Program-made: the position numbers and the translations under genes | The notes under the pieces: model-generated | Seen by the model: only the letters and a program-made list of their open reading frames with translations | Database searches by the model: none | Told to the model about the DNA's origin: nothing | NCBI GenBank assembly: GCA_051599415.1 | Contig: AP039699.1 | Span: 248,001-312,000, forward strand | Origin: Savitreella phatthalungensis | Lineage: Eukaryota | Direction: 5' to 3' | Length of the DNA: 64,000 bases | Shown here: piece after piece, positions 22,562 to 32,165 of the stretch | Position numbering within the stretch: the first letter of the stretch is position 1 | Layout: every line of letters begins with the position of its first letter

Positions 22562-25105
22562 TCATCCCCAGGTCTCCTCCCACCATCGGTCGCCTTCTTC
22601 CAGCGCTTTTACCGTGCCGACACCGCCAATAGCATCTAGAGATTCTCGCACTCGTGCAGGCATGTCGCCGGAGGATCCAGCTAAATAGATTCTAGCGTTT
22701 GAATTTTTCTGAAGAATGCGCTGAATAGCTGCGCGGCATTCAGAATCATCCAGCATGAAGCGCTGGACATAAAGATGTCGATCGGCGCGTGAATACGATG
22801 TCCATCCTGGCAACTGACTGAATAGTCGCAGATCGTCATCTGCAGACCTGCTTCCGTGGATGATGGTGCCTTGATTTGTCCGTTGGTAGAGAAAGCGCAG
22901 CGGTGCTAGACCTGTGCCAGGACCGATCATGAGGACCTGGTCACCGGTGCTCGGAAGCGGCATCGGATTGCGTCGAATGAAGGCGTAGATATGATCTCCA
23001 GGGACAAGTGATGCAATCCATCGAGACGCGGTTCCTTGACGCTGCTTCTTCATGATGGTCGTGTAGCTGATAAGGGAGACGAGAAGCTCGGTGGTACCGG
23101 GCGCAGCTTCTCCGGCGATGGAGTACTCCCGAGGAGCGACCTCCCCAAAGAGCTCGAGCACATACTCTCTTGGGATGTCCAGGCCGTTGCTGAAGTCCGC
23201 AAGAGCCTCCAATAATGTCCGTCTCGGCCTCGTAGCGTAGTCGTAGTAGTCGTCTGCATCAGTTGTCCATTCGACAAACTTCTCGCGGTAGTCTTCGTCT
23301 GTAGTGAAATCGATGAGAGAGGCGAAGAGCGATCTACGAGGCACGTCATTGAGCGGAAGGACGTGTTTGACCAGGAGGCGCAAGGTTGTGATGCTGCCAC
23401 CTAGTCGAGTTTCATGGAGTGATGATAGTCCGCACACCTCGAGTGGTTCATCGGCACAATCATCAAGTCGCAGCAGTGACAAGCACATGTCGACAGCCTC
23501 ATCCGTGTTACTTGGCAGCACGACTAGCACGTCACCGGGCTCCGCTTGCTCACCGACGTCGAGCGCGAGCTTACATATTCGCCGCGCAATCCGCTCTGTT
23601 GACTTGACTGTGGCCGGAAGCTTCAGAGAGGCAGGTGTGGCATTCGGCGCAGGGGAGATCGTATGCAATGGCGGTAGACGCCCTCTTCGAGGTGTGCCAG
23701 GTGCGACTTTCTCCAGCCACGCCGCAAGCTGGGCGTCCGAGTATTCCGTCTGAGACTCGTCGAGCACGCACTCGTGACGAACGTGGGCGCCAAGCTGGAG
23801 CAGCCGGCGCTTCAGCTTTTTGCCTGCAAAGTTAAAGCGCGGGTATTTCGTGTCGCCGAGCATGGCCAAGTCGACGGTGATCTCTTCAAATAAGTCGTCC
23901 GGCAGACGTGCATCCGTTAGCATCGCCCAGAAGCCTTGTCTCAGCGAGGCAGGCATCTCACCTTGGCCTGAGGTGGCAACGCAAATTACAAGGCGATCGA
24001 CGTCCAGCAGGTCTTCAAGCGCAAGTCCGGCAATGTCGCATAGCTGTATGTCCATGGCCGTGGTCGTCCGCCGTAGTCGGTCGTAGGTCGTTCGCGCGAT
24101 ATCCTCTGCAGTTCCTGTCTGGCTGGCATATGTAACGAGTACAGTACTTTCATCACCCGGCAATGATTCTGTGTCGAGACTGCGACTGGGCTCTGCCTTA
24201 GTTTGCGGTTCTGCGACGTGGGTCAGTGGATGTTCTGGGGAACGAGGATAAGGCTCGCCTGACCTGCTCCGCGTTGTGTTATACTTTGCAACGCTGTCCG
24301 GCTGACTGATTCGTGCCCGTTCACGGCCCATACGCTCTTCCGCGCCATCGACTAGAGCCCATGCAGGCCGGTACCGAACCGTGCTTTCGCCGTTCTCCCC
24401 GGAGCCCGCGAGTTGAACCGCCGGTGCGTCAATGGCGAGGCTTGGGTTCGGCAGCGTGTCGCTCTGACCTCCAAGAGACGTATAACCGAGATCGTACAGT
24501 ATGCAGTACGGCACTTCCATGGCAAGCAGGAAATCCCAAATCTGCGCATAATTCCAGTCGATAATAGGGTGGACGCGCATAAACGAAGGCCATCCCTGAT
24601 CTGTTGGGTCGAAGAATTTCAGGTTCGCACCGTGTGGGTCGTTTCGCCGAGTGCCGACCAGAATCGCCTCGACCTGACTGTGTGAGTCGAGGTAGCTCGC
24701 GAAGGCTTCCTTCATTGGGAGCTTGATATGCTCGATTGATAAGCCATAGATGCGAGCGGACTCGTCGACGAAGTCGTCTACTTCTTTGAAAGGATCCTTG
24801 ATGCTGACGTATACCGTCGGGACTAAGCTAGCAGGATTCGGACGGCCGCCTGCAGCTCGGCTTTTTGCTTGATTGCTAGCGAGATATGCCACATACAGGA
24901 CCAAGAGCACTAGGCAGTCCTTACCGCCATTGTAGGAAATCGCTAGCTTGTGGAAGCCATATCGATCGAATGCCTGGTCGATGACCTCAAGCGCTTCTCG
25001 AGTACGCTCAATGGTAGATTGCCGAAGCGTATCAGCTGCAGCATCGTCTTTGATGAAACGCTGAAGCCTAGCGGCCAGCTGTGAATGGTCTGGAGCTTCT
25101 GTCAT
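22562..25105 (-). CDS. FAD1-TAH18: Fusion of FAD synthetase (Fad1, aa 1-~262) and NADPH-dependent diflavin oxidoreductase (Tah18/NDOR1, aa ~321-847)
   Basis: Fad1 motifs SYNGGKDC, GTRRNDP, DPTDQGWPSFMRVHPIIDW, LYDLGYTSLG, ERMGR. Tah18 motifs YASQTGTAED, ATSGQGEMP, LGDTKYPRFN, DYATRPRRTLLE, PREYSIA, GPGTGLAP, ETWG. No stop codon between the halves. Confidence 0.88.
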   Translation of the reverse strand: MTEAPDHSQLAARLQRFIKDDAAADTLRQSTIERTREALEVIDQAFDRYGFHKLAISYNGGKDCLVLLVLYVAYLASNQAKSRAAGGRPNPASLVPTVYVSIKDPFKEVDDFVDESARIYGLSIEHIKLPMKEAFASYLDSHSQVEAILVGTRRNDPHGANLKFFDPTDQGWPSFMRVHPIIDWNYAQIWDFLLAMEVPYCILYDLGYTSLGGQSDTLPNPSLAIDAPAVQLAGSGENGESTVRYRPAWALVDGAEERMGRERARISQPDSVAKYNTTRSRSGEPYPRSPEHPLTHVAEPQTKAEPSRSLDTESLPGDESTVLVTYASQTGTAEDIARTTYDRLRRTTTAMDIQLCDIAGLALEDLLDVDRLVICVATSGQGEMPASLRQGFWAMLTDARLPDDLFEEITVDLAMLGDTKYPRFNFAGKKLKRRLLQLGAHVRHECVLDESQTEYSDAQLAAWLEKVAPGTPRRGRLPPLHTISPAPNATPASLKLPATVKSTERIARRICKLALDVGEQAEPGDVLVVLPSNTDEAVDMCLSLLRLDDCADEPLEVCGLSSLHETRLGGSITTLRLLVKHVLPLNDVPRRSLFASLIDFTTDEDYREKFVEWTTDADDYYDYATRPRRTLLEALADFSNGLDIPREYVLELFGEVAPREYSIAGEAAPGTTELLVSLISYTTIMKKQRQGTASRWIASLVPGDHIYAFIRRNPMPLPSTGDQVLMIGPGTGLAPLRFLYQRTNQGTIIHGSRSADDDLRLFSQLPGWTSYSRADRHLYVQRFMLDDSECRAAIQRILQKNSNARIYLAGSSGDMPARVRESLDAIGGVGTVKALEEGDRWWEETWG

Positions 25106-25559
25106 GGATGACGTGATGACAAGGAGAACTTCATGCTGGAGAAAGGAGAAGAGTGTAAGCGACTTTGGAGTGTGGAACTTTCAAAACTTCAGGAGGACCT
25201 TGAGAAGCCTTCCCAATCTACGGGCATGAGCTTCAACAGGTTGTAATGGAATACTTGTCCTGGAGTGAGTGTTTTGGATGAGTGCTTGCTACGTAAGAAG
25301 ACATCGACGTACTTACTCAACGGCCATGTTAGTTAGTGGCAGGTCTCACAGATGGAGAAACATGCAGGAAATACGGATGCAGGAGTTGAATGACTTGAAA
25401 GCACAACAATCGACGCATCTTCCGTCCCACATTGCCTTACGCACTCTTTGGCGTAAGATGGATGCTGGAAGAGGTGCTATGGCCTGGCTATAGGCTGCTG
25501 ATCTGTCGCTTCTGACCTGTTGACGAATCCTTGTATCTCTATTCCGGTCCTGCTTACAG

Positions 25560-28115
25560 ATGTCTGAGAATGAGACCGAGGCTAACTCTGTCTTGTCGCT
25601 GGAACAGCTCATCCTGCCTCAGGACATCACCTTCGAAGAACAGCTGCTGAGAGATCCTTATTCGTTACGTATCTGGTTGCGCTACATCGAGCGCAAGCGT
25701 GCCTTGTTTGCACACGAACATGACGCCAGACCGATGCTTTTCTGCATGGAGCGTGCGTGCCGTGCACTCCCGGCGAGCTACAAACTGTGGAAGATGTACT
25801 TGGACGCGAGAGTCGCGTATCTGAGACAATTCGAGCCGCCCGTGCTTTATGAGGCACAATACGATGCAGTGAACGACTTGTACGAGGAAGCTCTGAAATT
25901 GTTGGCGCATCTGCCGCGACTGTGGCTAGACTACACTGCGCTACTCTGCAGACAGCATCGAACCACACGAACCAGAAGAGCTTTCGAGCGTGCTCTTGTT
26001 CAGCTCTCTCCTGCACAGCATAAGCGCATATGGGCTGCCTTCTTGCCCTGGGCTGCTAAGGTCGGCGGGCTGACGCACCGTCGAGTCATGGAGCTGCGGC
26101 TCGAGGTTGCGCCTGACGAAGTAGAAAAGTTTATTGATCTGCTGGTTGAGCAAGGCGCATACAGTGATGCTGTACGCAAGTATCAAGATATCCTGGCAGA
26201 TCCTGATTTCCACTCGCGCAGGCAGAAGAGTCGGTATACACTTTTCACTGAGCTGGTGGACATCCTCGTCACCCGGCCTGAAGAGGTCGGTGAGGGAGTC
26301 GACATCCAGGAAATCATCCGAAGTGGATTGGAGAAGTATACAGATCACCAGGGTCGGTTGTGGTGCAGCTTGGCTACGTACTTTGTGACGATAAGGAGAA
26401 GGGACAAGGCAGTTGAGATCTTCAAAGAGGCCCTGGACAAAATCGCCACGGTACGTGACTTCGCCCAGATCTACGATGCGTATTCGGAGGTCGAGGAGTT
26501 CCGCATGTCGCAGCTCGTCACTCAGCTCGAGGCAGAGGCCGGACGGAATGAGGAGCTCGAAGACGAAGCTGACCAGGCGATGACTGACTTCGAAGCTCTG
26601 ACGGAGAATCGTGCGCTGCTTTTGAATGACGTCCTTCTCCGGCAGAACAGCAATGATGTATCGACGTGGGAGAAACGTATCGCGCTGTTTGAGGATGATG
26701 AAGAAGAGCTCATCGCCACATATACCAAAGCCTTACAGACCATCGCACCCAAACAAGCCAAAGGCAAGTTCTCGGTCCTCTGGATCGGCTTTGCGGAATT
26801 TTATGAACAAGGACAAGATGATGTCGAGACTGCTCGGAAGATCATGGACAAGGCCACAAGAGTGCCATTCAAAAGTATCGGAGAGCTAGCAGATGTATAT
26901 TGTGCGTGGGCTGAGCTGGAGCTGCGTCAGGACGCCTTTGAACGAGCGATGGCCGTCATGCGGAAAGCGACGGATGCTCCGGACGACTCCCGCGTCGACT
27001 ACTTTGACGAAAAGCTGACACCGCAGGCGCGACTACACAAGAACACGAAAGTCTGGGCGTTCTACCTGGATCTTGTCGACTCTGTTGGCTCGCTTGACGA
27101 GAGTCGGAAAGTGTACGATCGCGCGTTTGCTCTCAAGGTCGCGACCCCGCAAACCGTCGTGAATTACGCGACCCTGCTGGAAGAGCACAAGTACTATGAA
27201 GAATCCTTCAGAGTGTACGAGCGCGGGCTAGAATTGTTCAGCTACCCGATCGCTTTTGAGCTGTGGAACAGCTACCTTGGGAAGTTCCTCAAACGGTACG
27301 GTGGCTCGAAGGTCGAGCGTGCGCGAGACCTGTTTGAGCATGCGCTCGAAGGATGTCCACCAAAGTTCAGAAAGCCTCTGTACCTGCTGTACGCGATTGA
27401 GCTGGAAGAGAAGCACGGACTGCTTCGGAATGCAATGCGGCTGCTGGATCGTGCTTGCTCAGAGGTGCCCGACGAGGATAAGCTGGAGGTCTTCAGACTG
27501 TATATTTCGCGCATGACAGCAACCCGTGGACTGCCTGCTGCTCGTCCAGTGTACGAGCGTGCTCTGAGCGAGCTGCCTGGACCCGAGGCGCGTGAGCTCG
27601 CGCTAGAATTTGCAAAACTTGAGATCAAGCTCGGTGAGATCGATCGTGCACGCTCGATCCTCTCTCACGGAGCACAATCCGCAGACCCGAGAACCTCACA
27701 AGCTTACTACGACACCTGGCACAAATTCGAACTGAACCACGGCAACGAGAACACCTACGCACAAATGCTTCAGATCAAGCGCTCAGTCGCAAAGTCATTC
27801 GACACGGATGCAGGGTACGTGGCCGCGCAGGTCGAGCGAGCTCGGCGTGGGGAGGCTCTGTTTGGTGAACCCGGTGGCGAGGATGCTCTGGCAGAGGGAA
27901 CAGGCGATGGTTTGATCCACGACAGCAGACCTGTCCTTGATGGTTTTGTCAGCGGCGGCATGGTGGCACCAAAAGTGGGTAGAGCGATGAGCGGTACGGA
28001 TAACGAGGCTGACGCCTCTGAGCCACGACTTACAGGAGCAGAGAAGAATCCCGACGAGATTGTCATTGACGAAGCTGGCTTCGATGACGATGACGATGAG
28101 GAGGAGGAATGGTAG
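25560..28115 (+). CDS. SYF1: NineTeen-complex splicing factor Syf1/Cwf3 (XAB2)
   Basis: FEEQLLRDPYSLRIWLRYI, ERAC..LPASYKLW, HAT repeats, YEESFRVYERG, KVERARDLFE, LGEIDRAR, HGNENTY..ML.IKRSV. Confidence 0.96.
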   Translation: MSENETEANSVLSLEQLILPQDITFEEQLLRDPYSLRIWLRYIERKRALFAHEHDARPMLFCMERACRALPASYKLWKMYLDARVAYLRQFEPPVLYEAQYDAVNDLYEEALKLLAHLPRLWLDYTALLCRQHRTTRTRRAFERALVQLSPAQHKRIWAAFLPWAAKVGGLTHRRVMELRLEVAPDEVEKFIDLLVEQGAYSDAVRKYQDILADPDFHSRRQKSRYTLFTELVDILVTRPEEVGEGVDIQEIIRSGLEKYTDHQGRLWCSLATYFVTIRRRDKAVEIFKEALDKIATVRDFAQIYDAYSEVEEFRMSQLVTQLEAEAGRNEELEDEADQAMTDFEALTENRALLLNDVLLRQNSNDVSTWEKRIALFEDDEEELIATYTKALQTIAPKQAKGKFSVLWIGFAEFYEQGQDDVETARKIMDKATRVPFKSIGELADVYCAWAELELRQDAFERAMAVMRKATDAPDDSRVDYFDEKLTPQARLHKNTKVWAFYLDLVDSVGSLDESRKVYDRAFALKVATPQTVVNYATLLEEHKYYEESFRVYERGLELFSYPIAFELWNSYLGKFLKRYGGSKVERARDLFEHALEGCPPKFRKPLYLLYAIELEEKHGLLRNAMRLLDRACSEVPDEDKLEVFRLYISRMTATRGLPAARPVYERALSELPGPEARELALEFAKLEIKLGEIDRARSILSHGAQSADPRTSQAYYDTWHKFELNHGNENTYAQMLQIKRSVAKSFDTDAGYVAAQVERARRGEALFGEPGGEDALAEGTGDGLIHDSRPVLDGFVSGGMVAPKVGRAMSGTDNEADASEPRLTGAEKNPDEIVIDEAGFDDDDDEEEEW

Positions 28116-28500
28116 TGTATGAGATAGTTGACTATACTGGACGATATATACCGCAACACGCACGGCTATACAGGTCTAGACTTGCTTCCGCCCTCAAAAG
28201 TGAGTAGAGGCAGCAAGCTGTTTAGCTATGTGTTCGAGTACAGTGTGTGCATAAATGATATCAGCTATTCCAACGCACAGGCAAACCCCACGTACACACA
28301 CAGACAGTCAGTGACAAGGACAAGGACAAAGCACCCGGTCTTCACACCAGACTCTTGTGCCGTCTACGCACAGACTAGCATCTCTCATCTGCATCTCTGT
28401 GCTGACCTGTCCCTGCACCAGCTTTCCGACCTCCTTGTGTGCAGTCCCGGAGGTGCGCAGGGGAGACAGGGTTGGTACACATTAGGCGTACGGTGGATCG

Positions 28501-29961
28501 ATGAGCTCGGAGCTTGACTTGCTGCTGGCGTCGCACGCTGACTTTGGGAAGGCATCTCGGCTGCGCTCGCTGTACAGCGACTTTGCTGGACTGAAGAAGA
28601 CCAATCCTACAGGTTTTGCTGCCAACACGCGCGCGTGGATCGACGCCCTGAATCGGACTGCGCTGCGCTCAAGCAGCGCAGTCCGATCGTCTCCTGATGA
28701 GGACGGTCCCTCTCAGGCAACCTCAGAAAATCTGCCTGACAGGTGCTGCATCACAGCCACACCGGCCATGGCAGACCTGTTCATGCACTCGCAGTGGGGG
28801 AGACCGCTTGCGTTTGCTGCTGTGGAGGAAGAGGCTGTATGGCGTCGCGACTGGGTGTTGTTGGAGGAGTACCTGCGCGGCGTGCCTGAGGGTGTGTCGG
28901 CGGGCGGTGTAGGAAGCGGGGGTCTGTCTGGGTCAAGTGCAAGTGGGGAAACGAGTGGGACGTCTATGCTGACGTCGCTTTTCGCGCGGCTGTGGGGTGG
29001 TGGGAGCTCCTCGTCTGCCGCATCGACGGGAGAGATCAAGCCGACGTTGTTCTCAGGCAAGACGTACGTGATCCCAGCCAACGTCCGCGCGTGTGCAGAC
29101 ACGGCGCTCATCAGGATGCAGGCAAAGGCAGCGAGCTACACAGACCACGTGTTCACGCGAGAAGCGTTCGTCGCGCAGCTCGCCAAGACGAGCAAGTTGG
29201 CCTTGACCCAGCGCGACGGAGACGTCATCATCGCTTACCTCTGGCGAGACAAGCGCGCGATCGGAATCTCCAGTGACGCCAGCACCATCAAGCTCCTCCC
29301 TGCAACGTCGCGGTCCCCTGCAGCCGCGCACAGCGCCAGAGAGGTAGGTCCGACAGACGTCCAGGTGGCTACGGTCAAGGCGGCGGTCGCCCACCTGACA
29401 TCACAGTGTGTGTGGCTGGAGGAGAAGATGGCTGGGTACGATGCAGAGGCTCGGAATGCTGTAAGAGCTGGACGGAAAGCTCTGGCGGTTGCTGCGATCC
29501 GCGCACGCCGCAAGTGCGATCTGCTCGCCGGCACCTGGCGCGATCGACGCGATCAAGCAGACCTCGTCCTCCTCAAGATCGATGACGCCGCCCAACAGGT
29601 AGGTCTCGTCAAGGCGCTCGAGTCAGGTGCAGCCGCACTGAAATCCGTCCTCCACGATCTCGGAGACCTCGATAAAATCGATCAACTCGCAGACACACTC
29701 AGAGACCAGATGGACAAGGTCGATGACGTCAACCAGGCCATCGCATCCATCAGCGACCCTGCCTCGTCAGCAGGAGCATCCCTGATCGATGATGATGCAC
29801 TCGAGCGCGAGTTCCAAGCCCTTTCACAGAATCAAGAGTCCGAGCACCAGAAACCCTCGAAAGAGGATGTGCCACTGCCTGCAATGCCTGAAGCTCCCAT
29901 CACGGAAATCAAGTCGCCCCAGGTTGAGCCACAAGAGCGGCAAGCAGAGCCGGCTACCTGA
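28501..29961 (+). CDS. CHM7: ESCRT-II/III hybrid protein Chm7/Cmp7 (CHMP7)
   Basis: RLRSLYSDF....NP.GF.AN..AW and WGRPLA N-terminal signature; C-terminal Snf7 coiled coil ending DDDALEREFQAL...LPAMPEAP. Confidence 0.85.
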   Translation: MSSELDLLLASHADFGKASRLRSLYSDFAGLKKTNPTGFAANTRAWIDALNRTALRSSSAVRSSPDEDGPSQATSENLPDRCCITATPAMADLFMHSQWGRPLAFAAVEEEAVWRRDWVLLEEYLRGVPEGVSAGGVGSGGLSGSSASGETSGTSMLTSLFARLWGGGSSSSAASTGEIKPTLFSGKTYVIPANVRACADTALIRMQAKAASYTDHVFTREAFVAQLAKTSKLALTQRDGDVIIAYLWRDKRAIGISSDASTIKLLPATSRSPAAAHSAREVGPTDVQVATVKAAVAHLTSQCVWLEEKMAGYDAEARNAVRAGRKALAVAAIRARRKCDLLAGTWRDRRDQADLVLLKIDDAAQQVGLVKALESGAAALKSVLHDLGDLDKIDQLADTLRDQMDKVDDVNQAIASISDPASSAGASLIDDDALEREFQALSQNQESEHQKPSKEDVPLPAMPEAPITEIKSPQVEPQERQAEPAT

Positions 29962-30069
29962 TCATTAGGTGAATGTCCTTGACGAGGACACTGATACGGA
30001 GGTCATGACGATGATTATGAATGAAGATTAGTACTAGAGTTTCACTCCTAGGACGGTTGTTGGATGTGA

Positions 30070-30852
30070 TTAGAAGATGACGTCGTCTTCCTGCTGGGCG
30101 TCTGCGAGGACGTCGTTGACCTCATATTTGTCCTCGGGCTCAGCATCAGAATCATCGTCCTTGTTAGCTTTCTTCTTTCGCCTGATTTCCTCTTCCTCTT
30201 TCTCCTTGTCTGCGCCCTTCTTGGCCTGGACTTTCTTGAGCCGGACAAAGTCCTCTCTATCGAGCTCCTCTAGCTCCTGCTGGATGTATTTGATTGTGTT
30301 CTCGGCTTTCGGGATGATGACGTGCTCGATCGCGTTCACTCTCCGATTTGTGACCTTGATGACCTCGTCCAGGATCACAAAGGCCGTCTGGAGTGAGGCG
30401 AGATCGACAAGGGTTTCGAGCGCCTTGGTGTACACCTGCCTAGCCTTCTGAACCTGCTGACCACCCCGTCCGAGCCCCGTGAGCTTGAAGTCATTCTCGC
30501 CTTCCTGGAAGGACTCGAATGCAGGGAGGAGCACGCCAGACACGTTCTCCTGCTTCGCCTTCACCTTGAACCGCGCATCCTTCACTGACTCTTGCACCTG
30601 GAAGGCGATATCTCCACCGGCAGTGTAGGAAACCTCTGCGAGTGAGAATGCAGCAATCTGCATCACGCGGCCCATCTTGCGCTTCGCCTCGTCGATTCGC
30701 CGTGTGATTTCCCTGAACCGTTTGGTCAGGGCCTCAGCCTTGCGTTTCAACAGCGAGTGACCACTCTTGGCACCTTTCAACTTTGTCTGCATCGCCGTCA
30801 GAGACATTCGTGTGGGGAATACCGCCTCACGGTCCTTGCCTCCCCCAGACAT
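30070..30852 (-). CDS. VMA8: V-ATPase subunit D
   Basis: REAVFPTRM, GHSLLKRK, ENVSGVLLP, TGLGRGGQQV, TNRRVNAIEHVIIP, ELDREDFVRLKKVQ. Confidence 0.97.
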   Translation of the reverse strand: MSGGGKDREAVFPTRMSLTAMQTKLKGAKSGHSLLKRKAEALTKRFREITRRIDEAKRKMGRVMQIAAFSLAEVSYTAGGDIAFQVQESVKDARFKVKAKQENVSGVLLPAFESFQEGENDFKLTGLGRGGQQVQKARQVYTKALETLVDLASLQTAFVILDEVIKVTNRRVNAIEHVIIPKAENTIKYIQQELEELDREDFVRLKKVQAKKGADKEKEEEEIRRKKKANKDDDSDAEPEDKYEVNDVLADAQQEDDVIF

Positions 30853-30955
30853 GGCGATCGTGCAAAGAAGAGGTTGGAAAGGTGTATCAGGGAGTGTTGT
30901 CCAGAGGAGGTTGAAGTGAAGTCGAAGACGAGCGGTTGACTTGGAGCTGAGATGC

Positions 30956-31010
30956 TGAGGAGAAGACTGAGATGAGGAGAAGACTGAGATGAGGAGAAGA
31001 CTGAGATGAG
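30956..31010. repeat. 17-bp tandem repeat (TGAGGAGAAGACTGAGA) x3.2 upstream of VMA8
   Basis: Three exact copies visible in the sequence. Confidence 0.9.
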
Positions 31011-31419
31011 AAACTAGAGGGAAGGGTGGATGGTGAGAGTGAGTGTTCAGAGAGAGAGAGTGATATACGTATGAGTGACGTTTGGTTGATGATGCTCAGT
31101 CTCGATCGATCGATATTGTTTGTGTGATCATTCAGTTTCGTGCATCCGATCATTTGTGTTGATCTGAATGCAGCAGAATGACTGATTCATTGACTTGACT
31201 ACTGAAAACAATAGGTGCACGTGTTTAGTGGATAGAAACTCGAATATTTATTGTTCGTACACGTGAATATTGCCAGTATATATGCAGCAATTATAATTAC
31301 TGCAGCTGCATATGGCATCTGATCAGAGTGATCACGAGTAGTCAATTGTGCATCTCATCGAATCATCTGGTCCGACTGAAATGTGGCGTCCTTTTTTATC
31401 TCATTGAATGTTCTCCAGT

Positions 31420-31420
<1 letters not shown>

Positions 31421-31458
<38 letters not shown>
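31421..31458. repeat. (CT)19 microsatellite
   Basis: Perfect dinucleotide run. Confidence 0.95.
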
Positions 31459-31461
<3 letters not shown>

Positions 31462-32165
31462 GCTCTCTGATGATGGACTTTACTCACTCTACAGAGTCAG
31501 CCGGCAGCACGTGTACCTGCTCACATACCTACCCCGCACTCAACCACTGTAAACTAGGTGATTGAGTAATCAATGAGTAAGTGAATGATGCCTACACTTC
31601 GTGATGCATCATCAATTGTGAAGAGCTAGTTCTCTCTCGCTTTCTCTCTCTCTGAGCATGCCGCCGCTGGATCCAGGAGATGGCGCTTCTCCCGTTATCC
31701 AAGCTAGTTGACTCCTACTCACAAAATAACATAGAGTACAGTCAAAGTCATGTACATCCCCATGAGAAATGATGATTGATCGCGGGTGCCTGGTCAATCT
31801 TTGGACTACCGTATGAACCACTTGCATCGCTCTCTGTGACGATGAGACCAGGTCCAAAGAGTGACGAGTCTGACTAGTGCACTACTCAGTCCATCAACAT
31901 ATGGGATGGTGTGGGATGCATGTATGTAAAAGGACACGTGACTGGAGTGATGACCTCTCACGGAGTGGGTCTGACAATCTCCAACACGCGCAGGAACACG
32001 TCACGTCTTGACCCTCATGCTCATCATTTCAATCATACTCAAATGACACACTGATCATGATAGAGGCATACCCACAACGAATCGTCTTACTTCGTGCAAG
32101 TGAACGCACAAGTAAAAGCAAGTCATAACTGTTCAGAGTTTACTAACGGAAAAGATCTTTCTACG

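Noticed and set aside
25136..25327. Mini-exon ATGGCCGTTGA followed by GTAAGT upstream of FAD1-TAH18 as an alternative first exon
   Set aside because: Splicing to the acceptors I tested, including 24211, is out of frame with both Fad1 and Tah18. At most it is a 5' UTR intron or uORF.
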